Of a stretch of 64,000 nucleotides of DNA, positions 39,218 to 50,152 are shown in pieces. Origin of the DNA: Bacteroidaceae bacterium (GTDB lineage: Bacteria; Bacteroidota; Bacteroidia; Bacteroidales; Bacteroidaceae); NCBI GenBank assembly GCA_017451695.1, contig JAFTNW010000003.1:18360-82359 (forward strand), in the 5' to 3' direction. Below the pieces are notes generated by a model, which saw nothing but the letters and a program-made list of their open reading frames with translations, ran no database searches and had not been told where the DNA came from. The position numbers and the translations under genes are program-made. Within the stretch, counting starts at the first letter, position 1, and each line of letters opens with the position of its first letter.

Positions 39218-40774
39218 ATGGGCGACCACAGCGAATCAAGGACAAAAAAGACCTTGCTTAATGCGCGAATAAATCTCATATGTTACTTAGCCGCGCTCAT
39301 TACCGCCTTTTTCACACGCAAAATACTTCTTGAACAACTTGGAGCAGAATTCATTGGTCTCACAGGTACAATTGGAAGCCTCCTTGGTTTCCTAAACCTC
39401 GCAGAACTGGGGATTGGCACAGCTATCAGTTATGTTTTATATAAGCCCATTGCCGACAGCGATCGTTTTAAAATTAACGAAATCATTTCTGTCCTCAGCT
39501 ACCTATATAGGTGGATAGGTTTTGCAATTTTAGGAATGGGCATTATATTCTCATTATTTCTGCCTATTGTATTCCCCAACACATCTTTTTCATGGTTTGT
39601 AATATATTTTGGATTCTATGCATACCTCGCTACTGCACTTATAGGTTATTTTATCAACTACAAAGCCACGCTGCTCAGTGCAGACCAACGCAACTACATT
39701 GTTACAGGATATTTTCAATTCACTACAACGAGTAAAGTAATTCTGCAAATGGTTCTGGCCATTTATTTTCGCAGTTTCATAATATACTTTGCCATTGAAC
39801 TTCTATCAGGCGTCATAAATTCAATCATTCTTAATTGGAAGATTAACCAAACATACCCATGGCTTAAGAGTGAAATAAAGCTTGGGCACAAACTCCTAAA
39901 GAAATATCCCGAAATAAGTAAATACACAAAACAGATATTTGCACACAGGGTCGGAGGTGTTGTGCAAGGGCAGTTAACACCTTTTCTCATCTACTCTTTT
40001 GTATCACTGCCAATGGTTGCACTTTACACAAACTACACGCTGCTGACGCAAAAGCTTGAAGCCCTGACCTCCTCAGTCATAAACAGCGCAGGGGCCGCTA
40101 TTGGAAATCTTGTTGCAGAAGGAGATGGTGCAAAAATTCTAAAAGTATTTAAAGAACTACTATCTTTAAGACTTTTTGTTGCTACTATAGCTGTTACATG
40201 CATATATAAATTCTCTTCAGCATTTATCGCCGTGTGGTTAGGCGACGAATATGTACTATCAAATAAAATAGTTGCTATAATAGCAATATTAAGCGGCCTT
40301 AGCATTGCCCGAGGAGTTCTTGATCAATTTTGTTATGCATGTGGTTTGTTTGCCGATATTTGGGCTCCATATGCAGAATCTATAATTATGTTACTCTTTG
40401 CCGTCGTTTGTGGCCACTATCAGGGACTACCCGGCGTTCTTTACGGGCCAATAATGTCAATAATTATAATTATATATATCTGGAAGCCATATTACCTTTT
40501 TACAAGAGGTTTCAAGATTTCAGTATTCCAATATTGGAAGTTATTCATTACACATATTACAACATCAATCATTGCATACATAATCACAGACAGGCTATAT
40601 GAAATCTACATAAAAGATAGTTCTAAACTAGGCGGATGGGGAGACCTAATTGCAGAAGGCGCAATATTCACCATTTTAATATTCATCGTGCTAAGTGCAA
40701 CATACTACATCACATCGGATGGTTTTAGAAATATCACCAAGCGTATAAATATTGGCAAAAAACAACATCAATGA
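39218..40774 (+). CDS. wzx: Wzx-type oligosaccharide flippase (MOP superfamily)
   Basis: 518 aa with about 12-14 TM helices. N-terminus TLLNARINLICYL is typical of polysaccharide biosynthesis (PST) flippases. Confidence 0.75.
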   Translation: MGDHSESRTKKTLLNARINLICYLAALITAFFTRKILLEQLGAEFIGLTGTIGSLLGFLNLAELGIGTAISYVLYKPIADSDRFKINEIISVLSYLYRWIGFAILGMGIIFSLFLPIVFPNTSFSWFVIYFGFYAYLATALIGYFINYKATLLSADQRNYIVTGYFQFTTTSKVILQMVLAIYFRSFIIYFAIELLSGVINSIILNWKINQTYPWLKSEIKLGHKLLKKYPEISKYTKQIFAHRVGGVVQGQLTPFLIYSFVSLPMVALYTNYTLLTQKLEALTSSVINSAGAAIGNLVAEGDGAKILKVFKELLSLRLFVATIAVTCIYKFSSAFIAVWLGDEYVLSNKIVAIIAILSGLSIARGVLDQFCYACGLFADIWAPYAESIIMLLFAVVCGHYQGLPGVLYGPIMSIIIIIYIWKPYYLFTRGFKISVFQYWKLFITHITTSIIAYIITDRLYEIYIKDSSKLGGWGDLIAEGAIFTILIFIVLSATYYITSDGFRNITKRINIGKKQHQ

Positions 40775-41802
40775 CACTAGGCTCTATAATTAGATACATT
40801 AAATGGCAATTCGCCAAGAAATTCTTCAGCAAGCAAGCATACGATTGGTGGAAGGTAAAACTCAGGAACTCTGACTTAAAGAATGAGCTCATAATTCCAT
40901 TAACGCAATACAGGACCAATACCAAAAACACAAAAGACCACAAAAGAGTTATTTGCATGCACGACGGCAAATTGAAAACCGGTGGGTTAGTTGATAGATT
41001 GCGGGGGATAATATCGGTATATTCAATTTGCAAAGAATACAACATTGATTTCAAAATACTATTTACGCAGCCTTTTCCATTAGACAGATACCTTATCCCC
41101 AACAGTGTTGAATGGCGAATTTCACAAAATGAGCTACACTATAATATTAAAGAAACTGACATTTGTTTAATTGAATCCATAAATGGAAGTAAATACGAAG
41201 CTCAAAAGCAAGATGAGTGGTTTAGAAACGAATTAAAAAAGAGCTATTGCGAATTTCATATATATACTAACGCACATTTCTCATACAACCGTGATTTTGC
41301 AAAATTGTTTGCCGAACTTTTTAAGCCATCACCGTTGTTACAGCAACTGATAGATAAAGAAAAAAAACATTTGGGTGAAAATTACATAAGCACATCATTT
41401 CGTTTTTTAGATCTTCTTAATGATTTTAATGAAACGGCGGGGGGAAATATTATATTATCCAAGACGGAACAAAGCCAACTAATAAACAAAAACATAGAAC
41501 AGTTGAACAAATTACACAATAAATATCCACAAAGAAAGATTCTTGTAAACTCCGATAGCTCTACATTTCTACAAGAAGCGGCAAAACTCGATTTCACCTA
41601 TATTATTCCGGGAGAAATCAGCCATGTCGATAGCAATGCCACCATTAAAGAAAACACTCATGACAAGACATTTACAGACTTCTTTATGATAGCAAATGCC
41701 GAAGATATATTCTTATTCATAACAGGAGATATGTATAATAGTGGTTTCCCATTTGCTGCTGCACAGCTATACAATAAGCCGTTTCATATAATAAGATTCT
41801 AA
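40771..41802 (+). CDS. Hypothetical protein; possible divergent GT-B (fucosyltransferase-superfamily-like) glycosyltransferase
   Basis: 343 aa, soluble, with ATGA-coupled overlap to wzx. I recognised no family signature. The loose motif order is GGLVDRLRG ... SFRFLDLLNDF ... DFFMIANAEDIFL. Confidence 0.3.
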   Translation: MTLGSIIRYIKWQFAKKFFSKQAYDWWKVKLRNSDLKNELIIPLTQYRTNTKNTKDHKRVICMHDGKLKTGGLVDRLRGIISVYSICKEYNIDFKILFTQPFPLDRYLIPNSVEWRISQNELHYNIKETDICLIESINGSKYEAQKQDEWFRNELKKSYCEFHIYTNAHFSYNRDFAKLFAELFKPSPLLQQLIDKEKKHLGENYISTSFRFLDLLNDFNETAGGNIILSKTEQSQLINKNIEQLNKLHNKYPQRKILVNSDSSTFLQEAAKLDFTYIIPGEISHVDSNATIKENTHDKTFTDFFMIANAEDIFLFITGDMYNSGFPFAAAQLYNKPFHIIRF

Positions 41803-41927
41803 AGGATTGGGTTCTTGTTATAAAACTCTATTTATATGCAGCAATAGTATTTAGAATTAGGCAGCTCTGCTCAAGGAAAGGTTCAACATGTAATATTGAA
41901 TAAGAAAAAGTAATAGGAAACAACAAT

Positions 41928-42881
41928 ATGGTGTCAATTATAATCCCTGTATACAAAACAGAGAAGTATATTCGAAATTGCCTTGACTCTATTTTAGCAC
42001 AAACATACACTCATTGGGAAGCAATACTTGTTGATGATGGCAGCCCCGATGATTCCGGGCTTATATGCGATGAATATGCAGCAAAAGATATGCGCTTTAG
42101 GGTTATCCACCAAAAAAACAGAGGTGTAGTAAATGCTCGCAACAATGGCATCAATGTTGCAAATGGAGAGTATCTCGCTTTTATAGACAGCGATGATTAC
42201 ATAGAAGATAATATGCTTGAAGAGATGGTATTTTTAGCCAAAAACAAGCAATTAGACATTGTATGGTGCGACGTTAAAGAGATACATCCAAATTGCACTA
42301 CATATGAGCCTATTATGCTTGACAACAATAATAAAAATATTAGCAACCTATTACGTTCATCTCTGCCCGGATATTTATGCAACAAACTTATCAATAAAGC
42401 ATTTTGGGAAAAATGTAATATTATAACTGATGAAAACTCAGTTGTTTTTGAAGACACTTTTATTTCATTACAACTATTGGCAAATAACCCAAATAATGGA
42501 ATAATAAACAAGCCATTTTACAATTATATAAAAACAAATATCAACGCAACGACTCACAAGGACAAATCATCCATAATTGTTAGAGCAGAAGGTAATATTG
42601 TTAATATCTATGAATACCTAAAAAAAACAAAACTATTAGAAAAGTACCATAAAGAGTTTACAGCACTATCGCTTAAATTAAAAATTGAGATGCTTCAATA
42701 TGACATTAAGAAAGCAAAAAAAATATTTCCTTTCTCACACATGAAGCTTCAACACTTTAAGTTCCCTTTATTTACATCTATATTTTATTGGTTAGGATTT
42801 AATTGGGGTGTTATTGGAGAATTGCTATTCAAAATAAGATTTAGTTTACTGAAGAATGAATATTTGCATCATAAACGATGA
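41928..42881 (+). CDS. Glycosyltransferase family 2
   Basis: VSIIIPVYKTEKYIRNCLDSILAQTY, ILVDDGSPDDS, and DXD FIDSDD. Confidence 0.85.
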   Translation: MVSIIIPVYKTEKYIRNCLDSILAQTYTHWEAILVDDGSPDDSGLICDEYAAKDMRFRVIHQKNRGVVNARNNGINVANGEYLAFIDSDDYIEDNMLEEMVFLAKNKQLDIVWCDVKEIHPNCTTYEPIMLDNNNKNISNLLRSSLPGYLCNKLINKAFWEKCNIITDENSVVFEDTFISLQLLANNPNNGIINKPFYNYIKTNINATTHKDKSSIIVRAEGNIVNIYEYLKKTKLLEKYHKEFTALSLKLKIEMLQYDIKKAKKIFPFSHMKLQHFKFPLFTSIFYWLGFNWGVIGELLFKIRFSLLKNEYLHHKR

Positions 42882-44049
42882 TATGCACCCCCAATATATG
42901 GGTGGTATAAAAAGAGTCATATCCATTTTAGTCAAGGGCTGGGAAAACGAATGTAATATTGTTATTATATCAGTAGCACCAGTAGGTACCAGATACGACA
43001 TCTTTGGTAAAGCCAAGCAGAATATTTTCCCAAACACAAAAAACATTCTGTCATGCGAAAATATTGAATATTTTAAAGAGGTTATACAAGAATCTAATAT
43101 TGATATCATTCTTCAACCATACGCCAACAACGAGGCATTAACAAAATTATGTATTAAAATAAAACAAGAACTGAATACCAAACTCTTTATTGCAGTACAT
43201 TTTGCCATAACATACCAAGAAGACTTGTTGAAAAGTTATTTCTTCAATAAATATAGAATTGGAGGTTTCATTATTAATTGGGTCAAAGAAATCCTCCTTT
43301 ATCTCAAATATATCTTAATCACAAAAAGAAATCTTAGAGAGCACAATAACGCATATTACCGTTTTATAATTGAAAATTCCGACAAGATTATTCTTTTATC
43401 TGAATCACATATTAACACATTAAAACAAATATATAAAGGCAATAATATAAATAATGTTATAAGTATTTACAATCCGGCAATTATATCAACAAACAACAAG
43501 AATACCTGCAAAAGCAAGAAGGTGATATGGTGTGGAAGGGTTGAATGCAGCGCAAAACGCACTGACCGCATTATTGATATTTGGAAAGAAATTGCGCCTA
43601 ATTATCCCGATTGGGAACTGATAATAATAGGTAGTGGAGATATAGAGCATTTTAAAAGAATTTGTCAGGAGTATCACATTCCCAATATCACATTTACAGG
43701 TTCTTGCGACCCCACTGAATACTACAAACAAGGCGAAATCATTTGTATGACAAGTTCAACTGAAGGATGGGGCATGGTACTCGTTGAAGCCATGTTGTAC
43801 GGCTGTGTACCAATAGCATACAATAGCTATACCAGCTTGCAAGACATCATAATTGAGAATTGCAATGGCTTTACAGTTACCCCATACAATAAAAAAGAGT
43901 ACATTGAAAAACTGAAAATATTAATGGATGACAGAGAACTTAGAGAAAGACTTTCTAAAAATGGATACGAGTCTCTTAAACGATTTGACCACAAAACAAT
44001 TGCAAAAAAATGGCTTGATATTTTCAGTAAAGAGATTACCATCGGATAA
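42856..44049 (+). CDS. Glycosyltransferase family 4 (GT-B, GT1 clan)
   Basis: E-x7-E region SSTEGWGMVLVEAMLYGCVPIAY. It overlaps the upstream GT2 by 26 nt. Confidence 0.8.
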   Translation: MNICIINDDMHPQYMGGIKRVISILVKGWENECNIVIISVAPVGTRYDIFGKAKQNIFPNTKNILSCENIEYFKEVIQESNIDIILQPYANNEALTKLCIKIKQELNTKLFIAVHFAITYQEDLLKSYFFNKYRIGGFIINWVKEILLYLKYILITKRNLREHNNAYYRFIIENSDKIILLSESHINTLKQIYKGNNINNVISIYNPAIISTNNKNTCKSKKVIWCGRVECSAKRTDRIIDIWKEIAPNYPDWELIIIGSGDIEHFKRICQEYHIPNITFTGSCDPTEYYKQGEIICMTSSTEGWGMVLVEAMLYGCVPIAYNSYTSLQDIIIENCNGFTVTPYNKKEYIEKLKILMDDRELRERLSKNGYESLKRFDHKTIAKKWLDIFSKEITIG

Positions 44050-44075
44050 TCGAAAAACATTTGATAAATTCATCT

Positions 44076-45077
44076 ATGAAAAATCCCTCCCCTGCAGTTT
44101 CAATAATAGTTCCTGTATTTAATACAGAAGAACATATTTGCAGATGTTTGAATAGCATTAAATCACAAACTTATAATAATTTTGAGGTTATTATTGTTGA
44201 TGATGGCAGTTCCGACAATAGCGGTGCTATATGCGACAAATATGCAACGAAGGACCATCGTTTTAGAGTTATTCACAAGAAAAACGGAGGGGTAAGCAGC
44301 GCAAGGCAAATAGGCTTGGAGAACGCAAATGGAGAATTTATAATACACATAGATTCTGACGATTGGATAGAATCTAATATGATACAAGAACTTATTGAAA
44401 CAGCTGATAAAGAAAAAGCCGATATGGTTATATGCGACTTCTTTGAGGAGAGCAACAATAACTCCCACTATGCCTCGCAGAACCTATATAATCCCATTAC
44501 AGCTAAAGAAGTGCAATCAAAGCTAATTAATACAGAACTGCTTGGAAATTGTTGGAATAAACTCACAAGAAAAGTATGCTGCAAAGATATAAGTTTCTCG
44601 CCAACAAACATTTCGCTAGGAGAGGACCTGCTCTTCAATGTAAAAATACTTAGCAACGACATTAAGATATATTATCTGCCAAAAGCCTATTACCACTATG
44701 GAGTAAATCAGCCTACATCAATTACTAGGAATATCAACCTACAGCACATATTAAAGAATCGGCAAATAGTCATTAACGAATTATGTAAAATTATTGACGA
44801 AGAAGAGTTTAACAATTTTCATAATCTTAAAAAAAACGTACTTGATGTTCTTTTCTATAATAAAAATCTGAAAAACCTAAAAACCACATACACTGAAATA
44901 CACCCCGATATAATTAATAATAACAAAAGATATCGACCTTTGGCCCCATTAGGTTACTTTATGGCAATGGCACTTAAAGGACACGCATACACAGCCTATT
45001 ACTTATATAAGATAAATCTTTTTACTATTAAATTCATTCAACAGATAAGAAAGATCTTTTATCTATACTCATACTAA
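44076..45077 (+). CDS. Glycosyltransferase family 2
   Basis: VSIIVPVFNTEEHICRCLNSIKSQTY, IIVDDGSSDNS, and DXD HIDSDD. ATG 44076 is preferred over the TTG at 44061. Confidence 0.85.
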   Translation: MKNPSPAVSIIVPVFNTEEHICRCLNSIKSQTYNNFEVIIVDDGSSDNSGAICDKYATKDHRFRVIHKKNGGVSSARQIGLENANGEFIIHIDSDDWIESNMIQELIETADKEKADMVICDFFEESNNNSHYASQNLYNPITAKEVQSKLINTELLGNCWNKLTRKVCCKDISFSPTNISLGEDLLFNVKILSNDIKIYYLPKAYYHYGVNQPTSITRNINLQHILKNRQIVINELCKIIDEEEFNNFHNLKKNVLDVLFYNKNLKNLKTTYTEIHPDIINNNKRYRPLAPLGYFMAMALKGHAYTAYYLYKINLFTIKFIQQIRKIFYLYSY

Positions 45078-45110
45078 TAACAACCATTCCCCCACAAGTA
45101 CAAATGTGAT

Positions 45111-46178
45111 ATGAAACGTATCTCTTTCATCTTTCCTCATCCTGTTAATGGGCCCACGGGTGGTTATAAGGTTGTATATGAATATGCCAACCGGCTTGTA
45201 GCCGATGGATATACGGTTAACATCATCTATTCCGGCTCGCTTTTTTGGAAAGAGAAAAGCCCCTATTATAAACTGACTAACTGCGTCCGCTACATTCAAC
45301 ACATCCTAAAAGGATATTCTGGCAGAAGGTGGTTCGCACTCGATAAGCGTGTAAAAGAACATCTGACACTATCGCTAAACTATTGCCATGTGCCCAAGAG
45401 TGATATTTACATCTGCACATCGCCATACACAGCAATGTATGTAAAAGACTATCCCACAGAGAATAAGTACTATTTCATACAAGGTTATGAGAATTGGGGA
45501 GGCATGACGCATGAGGAACTGCGAGCCACATACCACTACCCCCTGCGAAAGATTGTTGTTTCCGATTGGCTTGCAAAAGTGATGCAAGAAGAGGGATGCG
45601 ACTACACAATAATAAAAAACGGGTTTGATTTTGAATACTTTAAGCTAAGCTTAAAAATAGAAGAAAGGGAAAGATTTTCCATTGCAATGATGTATAGCAA
45701 CAACGCGCTTAAAGGTTGCGAATATGGTTTAGAGGCACTTGAGATTGTTAAGAAAGAATACCCTAATACAAAAATAAAAATCTTCGGGCTATGCGAGAGA
45801 CCGGCCATGCTGCCTCATGACTACGAATATTGCCAAGCACCAGACAAGGACACACTAAACAGAATTTATAACGAAAGTGCGATATTCCTGGCAACAAGCA
45901 ATAGTGAGGGATGGGGACTTACCATTGGCGAGGCTATGATTTGCGGTGCAACAGTTGTCTGTACCAACAACAACGGATACATTGAGATGGCAAAGGATGG
46001 CGAAACAGCCCTTGTCTCACCAATAGAAGATGCACAAGGGCTGGTAAATAATATTATAAAGCTGTTTGAAGACGACAATATACGCCAACAAATAGCAAAG
46101 AATGGGAACGAATTTATCAAGGGCTTCAATTGGAACGACTCATATAATAAACTAAAAGCCACACTTGACATCGAATGA
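45111..46178 (+). CDS. Glycosyltransferase family 4
   Basis: TSNSEGWGLTIGEAMICGATVVCT (E-x7-E). Confidence 0.8.
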   Translation: MKRISFIFPHPVNGPTGGYKVVYEYANRLVADGYTVNIIYSGSLFWKEKSPYYKLTNCVRYIQHILKGYSGRRWFALDKRVKEHLTLSLNYCHVPKSDIYICTSPYTAMYVKDYPTENKYYFIQGYENWGGMTHEELRATYHYPLRKIVVSDWLAKVMQEEGCDYTIIKNGFDFEYFKLSLKIEERERFSIAMMYSNNALKGCEYGLEALEIVKKEYPNTKIKIFGLCERPAMLPHDYEYCQAPDKDTLNRIYNESAIFLATSNSEGWGLTIGEAMICGATVVCTNNNGYIEMAKDGETALVSPIEDAQGLVNNIIKLFEDDNIRQQIAKNGNEFIKGFNWNDSYNKLKATLDIE

Positions 46179-48066
46179 ACCTCGCCTCCTTCGACATATT
46201 CGATACGGTGCTCATACGCAAATGCGGCAAGCCGGCAAACATCTTCTACCTGCTTGCACAAAAGCTATACCCCGAGGACAAGGATAAAAGGGAGAATTTT
46301 GTTGCATGGCGCAGAGAGGCCGAGGAGCGTGCGGCAAACAACATCAAAGGAAGCGAAACAACCATTACCGATATATATACAGCAGAGGGAGTAACCCTGT
46401 TCCACGATTATACTCCCGCACAGCTGATAGAAGCAGAAAAAGAGGTTGAGGCAGAAAACCTAACCGCCAACCCCGCTGTAAAAGCAATAATAGAGAAATG
46501 CCGAGCCGAGGGTAAAACAATATGCTTTATATCGGATATGTACCTCGATAGTGAGTTCCTTACCCGGGTATTAAAACGCGAAGGGTGCCTCACAGGCGAA
46601 GAACGAGTATATGTATCGTGTGAGGAGGAGGCAAGAAAATCCACCGGTGCACTGTTTGACAAAGTGCGTAACTACCTGCACCCCACAGATTGGGAACACT
46701 ACGGCGACCACCCTGTGAGCGATGTTAAAAGAGCTATTAACAGAGGGATAGAAGCAAAGCAAATAAATACAGCCTATACCGAGAACGAGAAACACCTTTC
46801 CGACAACAGCAAACAACACGGCTGCGAGCTTTCGTGCCTTGCCGGCTTGCAACGAACAGCGCGAATTAAATTAGGGAACACCCCATTCACCACCCTTGCT
46901 GCCGATTTTGTTGCACCTGCGTATATTCCGTATGTAAAGTTTATATTGGAGAAGGCAAAAGAGCTTGGAATAAAACGCCTCTATTTCCTGTCGCGCGACA
47001 GCTACATATTGCAAAAGATAGCAGAAACAGAACAAGCCAACTACCCCGATATTCAACTGAAATATCTGTTTGTATCGCGCAAGGCACTCTTACTACCCTA
47101 CCTGCACAAGCCATCGGCAGATAAGTTTATAGCAATACAGGACAAACAGACACTCATTGGCCGAAACACCGAGGATTTGTTGCAAAGCATAGGCACAAGC
47201 CGTGCCGAATTAAAGGAGAAATACTCCACCGCAATAGGCTATGCCAAAATAGAGAGTGCAAAGGAGGAACAAGATTTTATAGAGAAAATCTTTGGCACTG
47301 CAAGCAGTTACAAAAGCCGTTTGCAAGAGCTTGCGCAAGAGAAACGCGCACTGCTGAACAAATATTTTGCACAAGAGGGTCTCTTTGATAATGTAAAAAC
47401 AGCAATGGTGGATGTAGGCTGGTTAGGCACAACACGCCTGATGATAAACAGCATATTGAAAGAGGAAGGATACAAAGAGACGCTGTTTTTCTATTATGGA
47501 ATAAGAGGGGATGTGCTCGATGAAAATTATGGGAAATATTACAGCTACAATACCCGCAAGAACTAAGCACCGAACTCACCACACTCATTGAAAACTATTT
47601 CTCGGCATCGCCATACCCATCTACCATCGGATACTGCGAAACCAATGGTATAATAGCGCCCTGCTTCAAACCGGGCGAGGAGTATAAAGAAAGTAATATT
47701 GTGAAGGCCAATACCGCAGCCTGCGAATTTATCGCAAAGGAGACAGCTCTGGATAAGTTCTGCCCTGTGGCATTAAAGGAGTGGTGCAAACGGGCGTCGC
47801 AAGACATCCTTTCACTGAAACATAGTGATATTAACCTGTCGCCACTATGCGAGGCCGAGATATTCGACGGGAAACCATTCGTAAAAAATTTGTCTGCAAG
47901 GGAGTTGCTCAACATAATTCTGCTTGGCGGCCGCTGCTCTGCATTTGACAAGGCAAGCGTAAAACTTACGGTGGGCAACAGCCTTTTCCTTGTTACATGG
48001 GAAATATGCCAAATAACAGGCAAAATCAGGCGTTTCCTATACCTTAAATTAAAGAAACAAAAATGA
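46175..48066 (+). pseudogene. HAD-superfamily-like (COG5610-type) protein gene split by a frameshift (segments 46175-47566 and about 47524-48066)
   Basis: The N-terminal segment starts SFDIFDTVLIRK (HAD motif-I-like) and stops at TAA 47564-47566. The frame shifted by one base is open from 47524, reads on as ELSTELTTLIENYFSASPYPSTIGY..., and ends in an ATGA overlap with the next GT2 gene. Confidence 0.55.
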
Positions 48067-48914
48067 GAATAGCTACCATATTGCTAAACTACAACTCTGC
48101 TGCCGATTGCAAAAAGTGCATAGGTTATCTGCAACTGCAAGAAGGCATAGAGCAAGAGATAATAGTGGTGGACAACTGCTCGCGCAAGGAAGATAAGGAG
48201 AGCGTTGAAAGCTTTTGCAAAGCTACGGGAGCAACCTTTATTGCAAACGACCGCAATAGCGGATATAATGCAGGTAATAACGTGGGGCTGCGATACGCAG
48301 CCGAGCATGGATACGAATATGCCCTTATTGCAAACCCCGATATGGAGTTCCCGCAAAAGGACTACATACACAAATTGCTGCAACCAATGATAGAGAATAA
48401 GGATATTGTTGTTTGTGGCAGTGATATTGTGGGGGTTGATGGGCGACACCAAAGCCCAATGTACCGCGACGGGAATTGGCGCGACAGTTGGGGATGGCTC
48501 ACCGGCTTATTCAAAAAACAAAAAGCCGATACATACGATTTTATAGACAACTACAGCACAAGCCACTATTGTGCAAAAGTTTGTGGTTGCTGCCTTGCGG
48601 TGCGCATGTCGTTTATAGAAAGCATTGGTTTCTTTGACGAGTACCCTATGCTCTATTGCGAGGAGGCTATTCTTGCGAAACAGGTTGAGCGTGCCGGCAA
48701 AAAGATTTACTACACTACTGAGGCACAGGCCGTTCATGCACATATCAACAGCAAAAAAGGAGACCCAGCAAGGAGGTTCAAGCAGTGGAGACGCTCGCGC
48801 CTATATTTTATTGATAAATATAGTGGCGACACTATTTTTGGACAATTCTTGTCAAAGCTATCAATAAGCATATATATAGCAATATCACTATTCATAAATA
48901 AACTGAAACAATAA
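48063..48914 (+). CDS. Glycosyltransferase family 2 (rhamnosyltransferase-like subgroup)
   Basis: IATILLNYNSAADCKKCIGYL, IVVDNCS, NSGYNAGNNVG and ANPDMEF. Confidence 0.75.
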   Translation: MRIATILLNYNSAADCKKCIGYLQLQEGIEQEIIVVDNCSRKEDKESVESFCKATGATFIANDRNSGYNAGNNVGLRYAAEHGYEYALIANPDMEFPQKDYIHKLLQPMIENKDIVVCGSDIVGVDGRHQSPMYRDGNWRDSWGWLTGLFKKQKADTYDFIDNYSTSHYCAKVCGCCLAVRMSFIESIGFFDEYPMLYCEEAILAKQVERAGKKIYYTTEAQAVHAHINSKKGDPARRFKQWRRSRLYFIDKYSGDTIFGQFLSKLSISIYIAISLFINKLKQ

Positions 48915-50152
48915 TGCCATATACAACAAACGTAAGATTAAGGCTATTCGCTACATTTTTTTTAATCTATTTCAACATCACATATGTACCAATTGAAGGA
49001 CACGTCGGGTTTGGAATAGGTCGAATAATGATATGCAGTATCTCTATAATCTTTATGCTGACATATTCGTTAAAACTTTCCAAAGCAATGATTATTGGAA
49101 TTATTTATCTTTTGTATCAATATCTGTCAGCAAGTTTTCACCCTGAGAGTTGGCGATGGAGCACTCTGTTATTTTCTACAGCTTTTGTATTAAGTTACAT
49201 CAGTATATACAACTTTATTGTTATTGAAAAGGTTTTTTCTATCGAATATTTCTTAAAGATATGCAAATGGGTTATGATGGCATATTTCGTGGTGTGTATT
49301 GTGCAACAAGCGCTCATTGTAATCGGAATTGCATACTCACCACTTGTTAATATGATGCTACCCCTTGGTCGAGGTCTCGGATGCCAATCGTTGGCTCTTG
49401 AGCCAAGCCATTTCGCGCGCATTATGCTAGTATTCTATTATGCATATATAAAATGTAGTGAATATATACGAGGAGAAGGTCCATTTACATTAAATGAGTT
49501 ATTTAGCGGCGAACACAAGTGGATAACTATACGTTTTCTTTGGATGATGCTTACCATGGGAAGCGGAACAGCTTTTATCTGCTTAATTTTTATAAGCCTC
49601 TATTTTGTGCGCAAAAACAATTGGTACTATGTAATGCCTATACTTATCATTTTATACTGGCTAATACAAGCATCAGGCATTGAGGCTCTTGATCGTGCCA
49701 CTAGCACCATTGAAGCAACAAGAACACTTAATGCAGAAACAGTGCGTGAAACTGATAGCTCGGCCTCTGCCCGAATTACTCCAATACTAAATTCTTTGAA
49801 TGCTGATTTCACTAAATTTGAGACATGGTTTGGCAAAGGAATTGATGCAGGGCTAGCTATGGGGTTAAATAGAACAATGTTTGATGACTATGGCGTTATC
49901 TTCTATATTATAACATTAATATTTAACTTTTCTTGTGCATACAACATCTTCTCTTTGGCTACAATACTAATGTTTATCGGTATCGGTGGCGGTAGTGGTG
50001 GTAATATATATTACGCATGGGCTCTTATGATGGTTATGACCTGTGTGAAATATTTCCATGAAAACAGATACAACCCCGATATATACGAAGATGATGAAGA
50101 TGAGAAAGAACACGAAGAAATAGCTATAAGCTCCAAAACGACAAATGCCTGA
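48914..50152 (+). CDS. wzy: Polytopic membrane protein, probable Wzy-type repeat-unit polymerase
   Basis: 412 aa with at least 9 TM helices and one larger loop (about residues 255-305). It sits among GT genes in a wzx-containing locus. There is no strong family motif, so the call rests on context. Confidence 0.5.
   Translation: MPYTTNVRLRLFATFFLIYFNITYVPIEGHVGFGIGRIMICSISIIFMLTYSLKLSKAMIIGIIYLLYQYLSASFHPESWRWSTLLFSTAFVLSYISIYNFIVIEKVFSIEYFLKICKWVMMAYFVVCIVQQALIVIGIAYSPLVNMMLPLGRGLGCQSLALEPSHFARIMLVFYYAYIKCSEYIRGEGPFTLNELFSGEHKWITIRFLWMMLTMGSGTAFICLIFISLYFVRKNNWYYVMPILIILYWLIQASGIEALDRATSTIEATRTLNAETVRETDSSASARITPILNSLNADFTKFETWFGKGIDAGLAMGLNRTMFDDYGVIFYIITLIFNFSCAYNIFSLATILMFIGIGGGSGGNIYYAWALMMVMTCVKYFHENRYNPDIYEDDEDEKEHEEIAISSKTTNA

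Noticed and set aside
47595-48023. A 142-aa minus-strand ORF in the apparent gap after the HAD-like gene.
   Set aside because: The plus-strand frame here reads as a natural continuation of the HAD-like protein and ends in an ATGA overlap with the next gene. The frameshift interpretation is therefore preferred.
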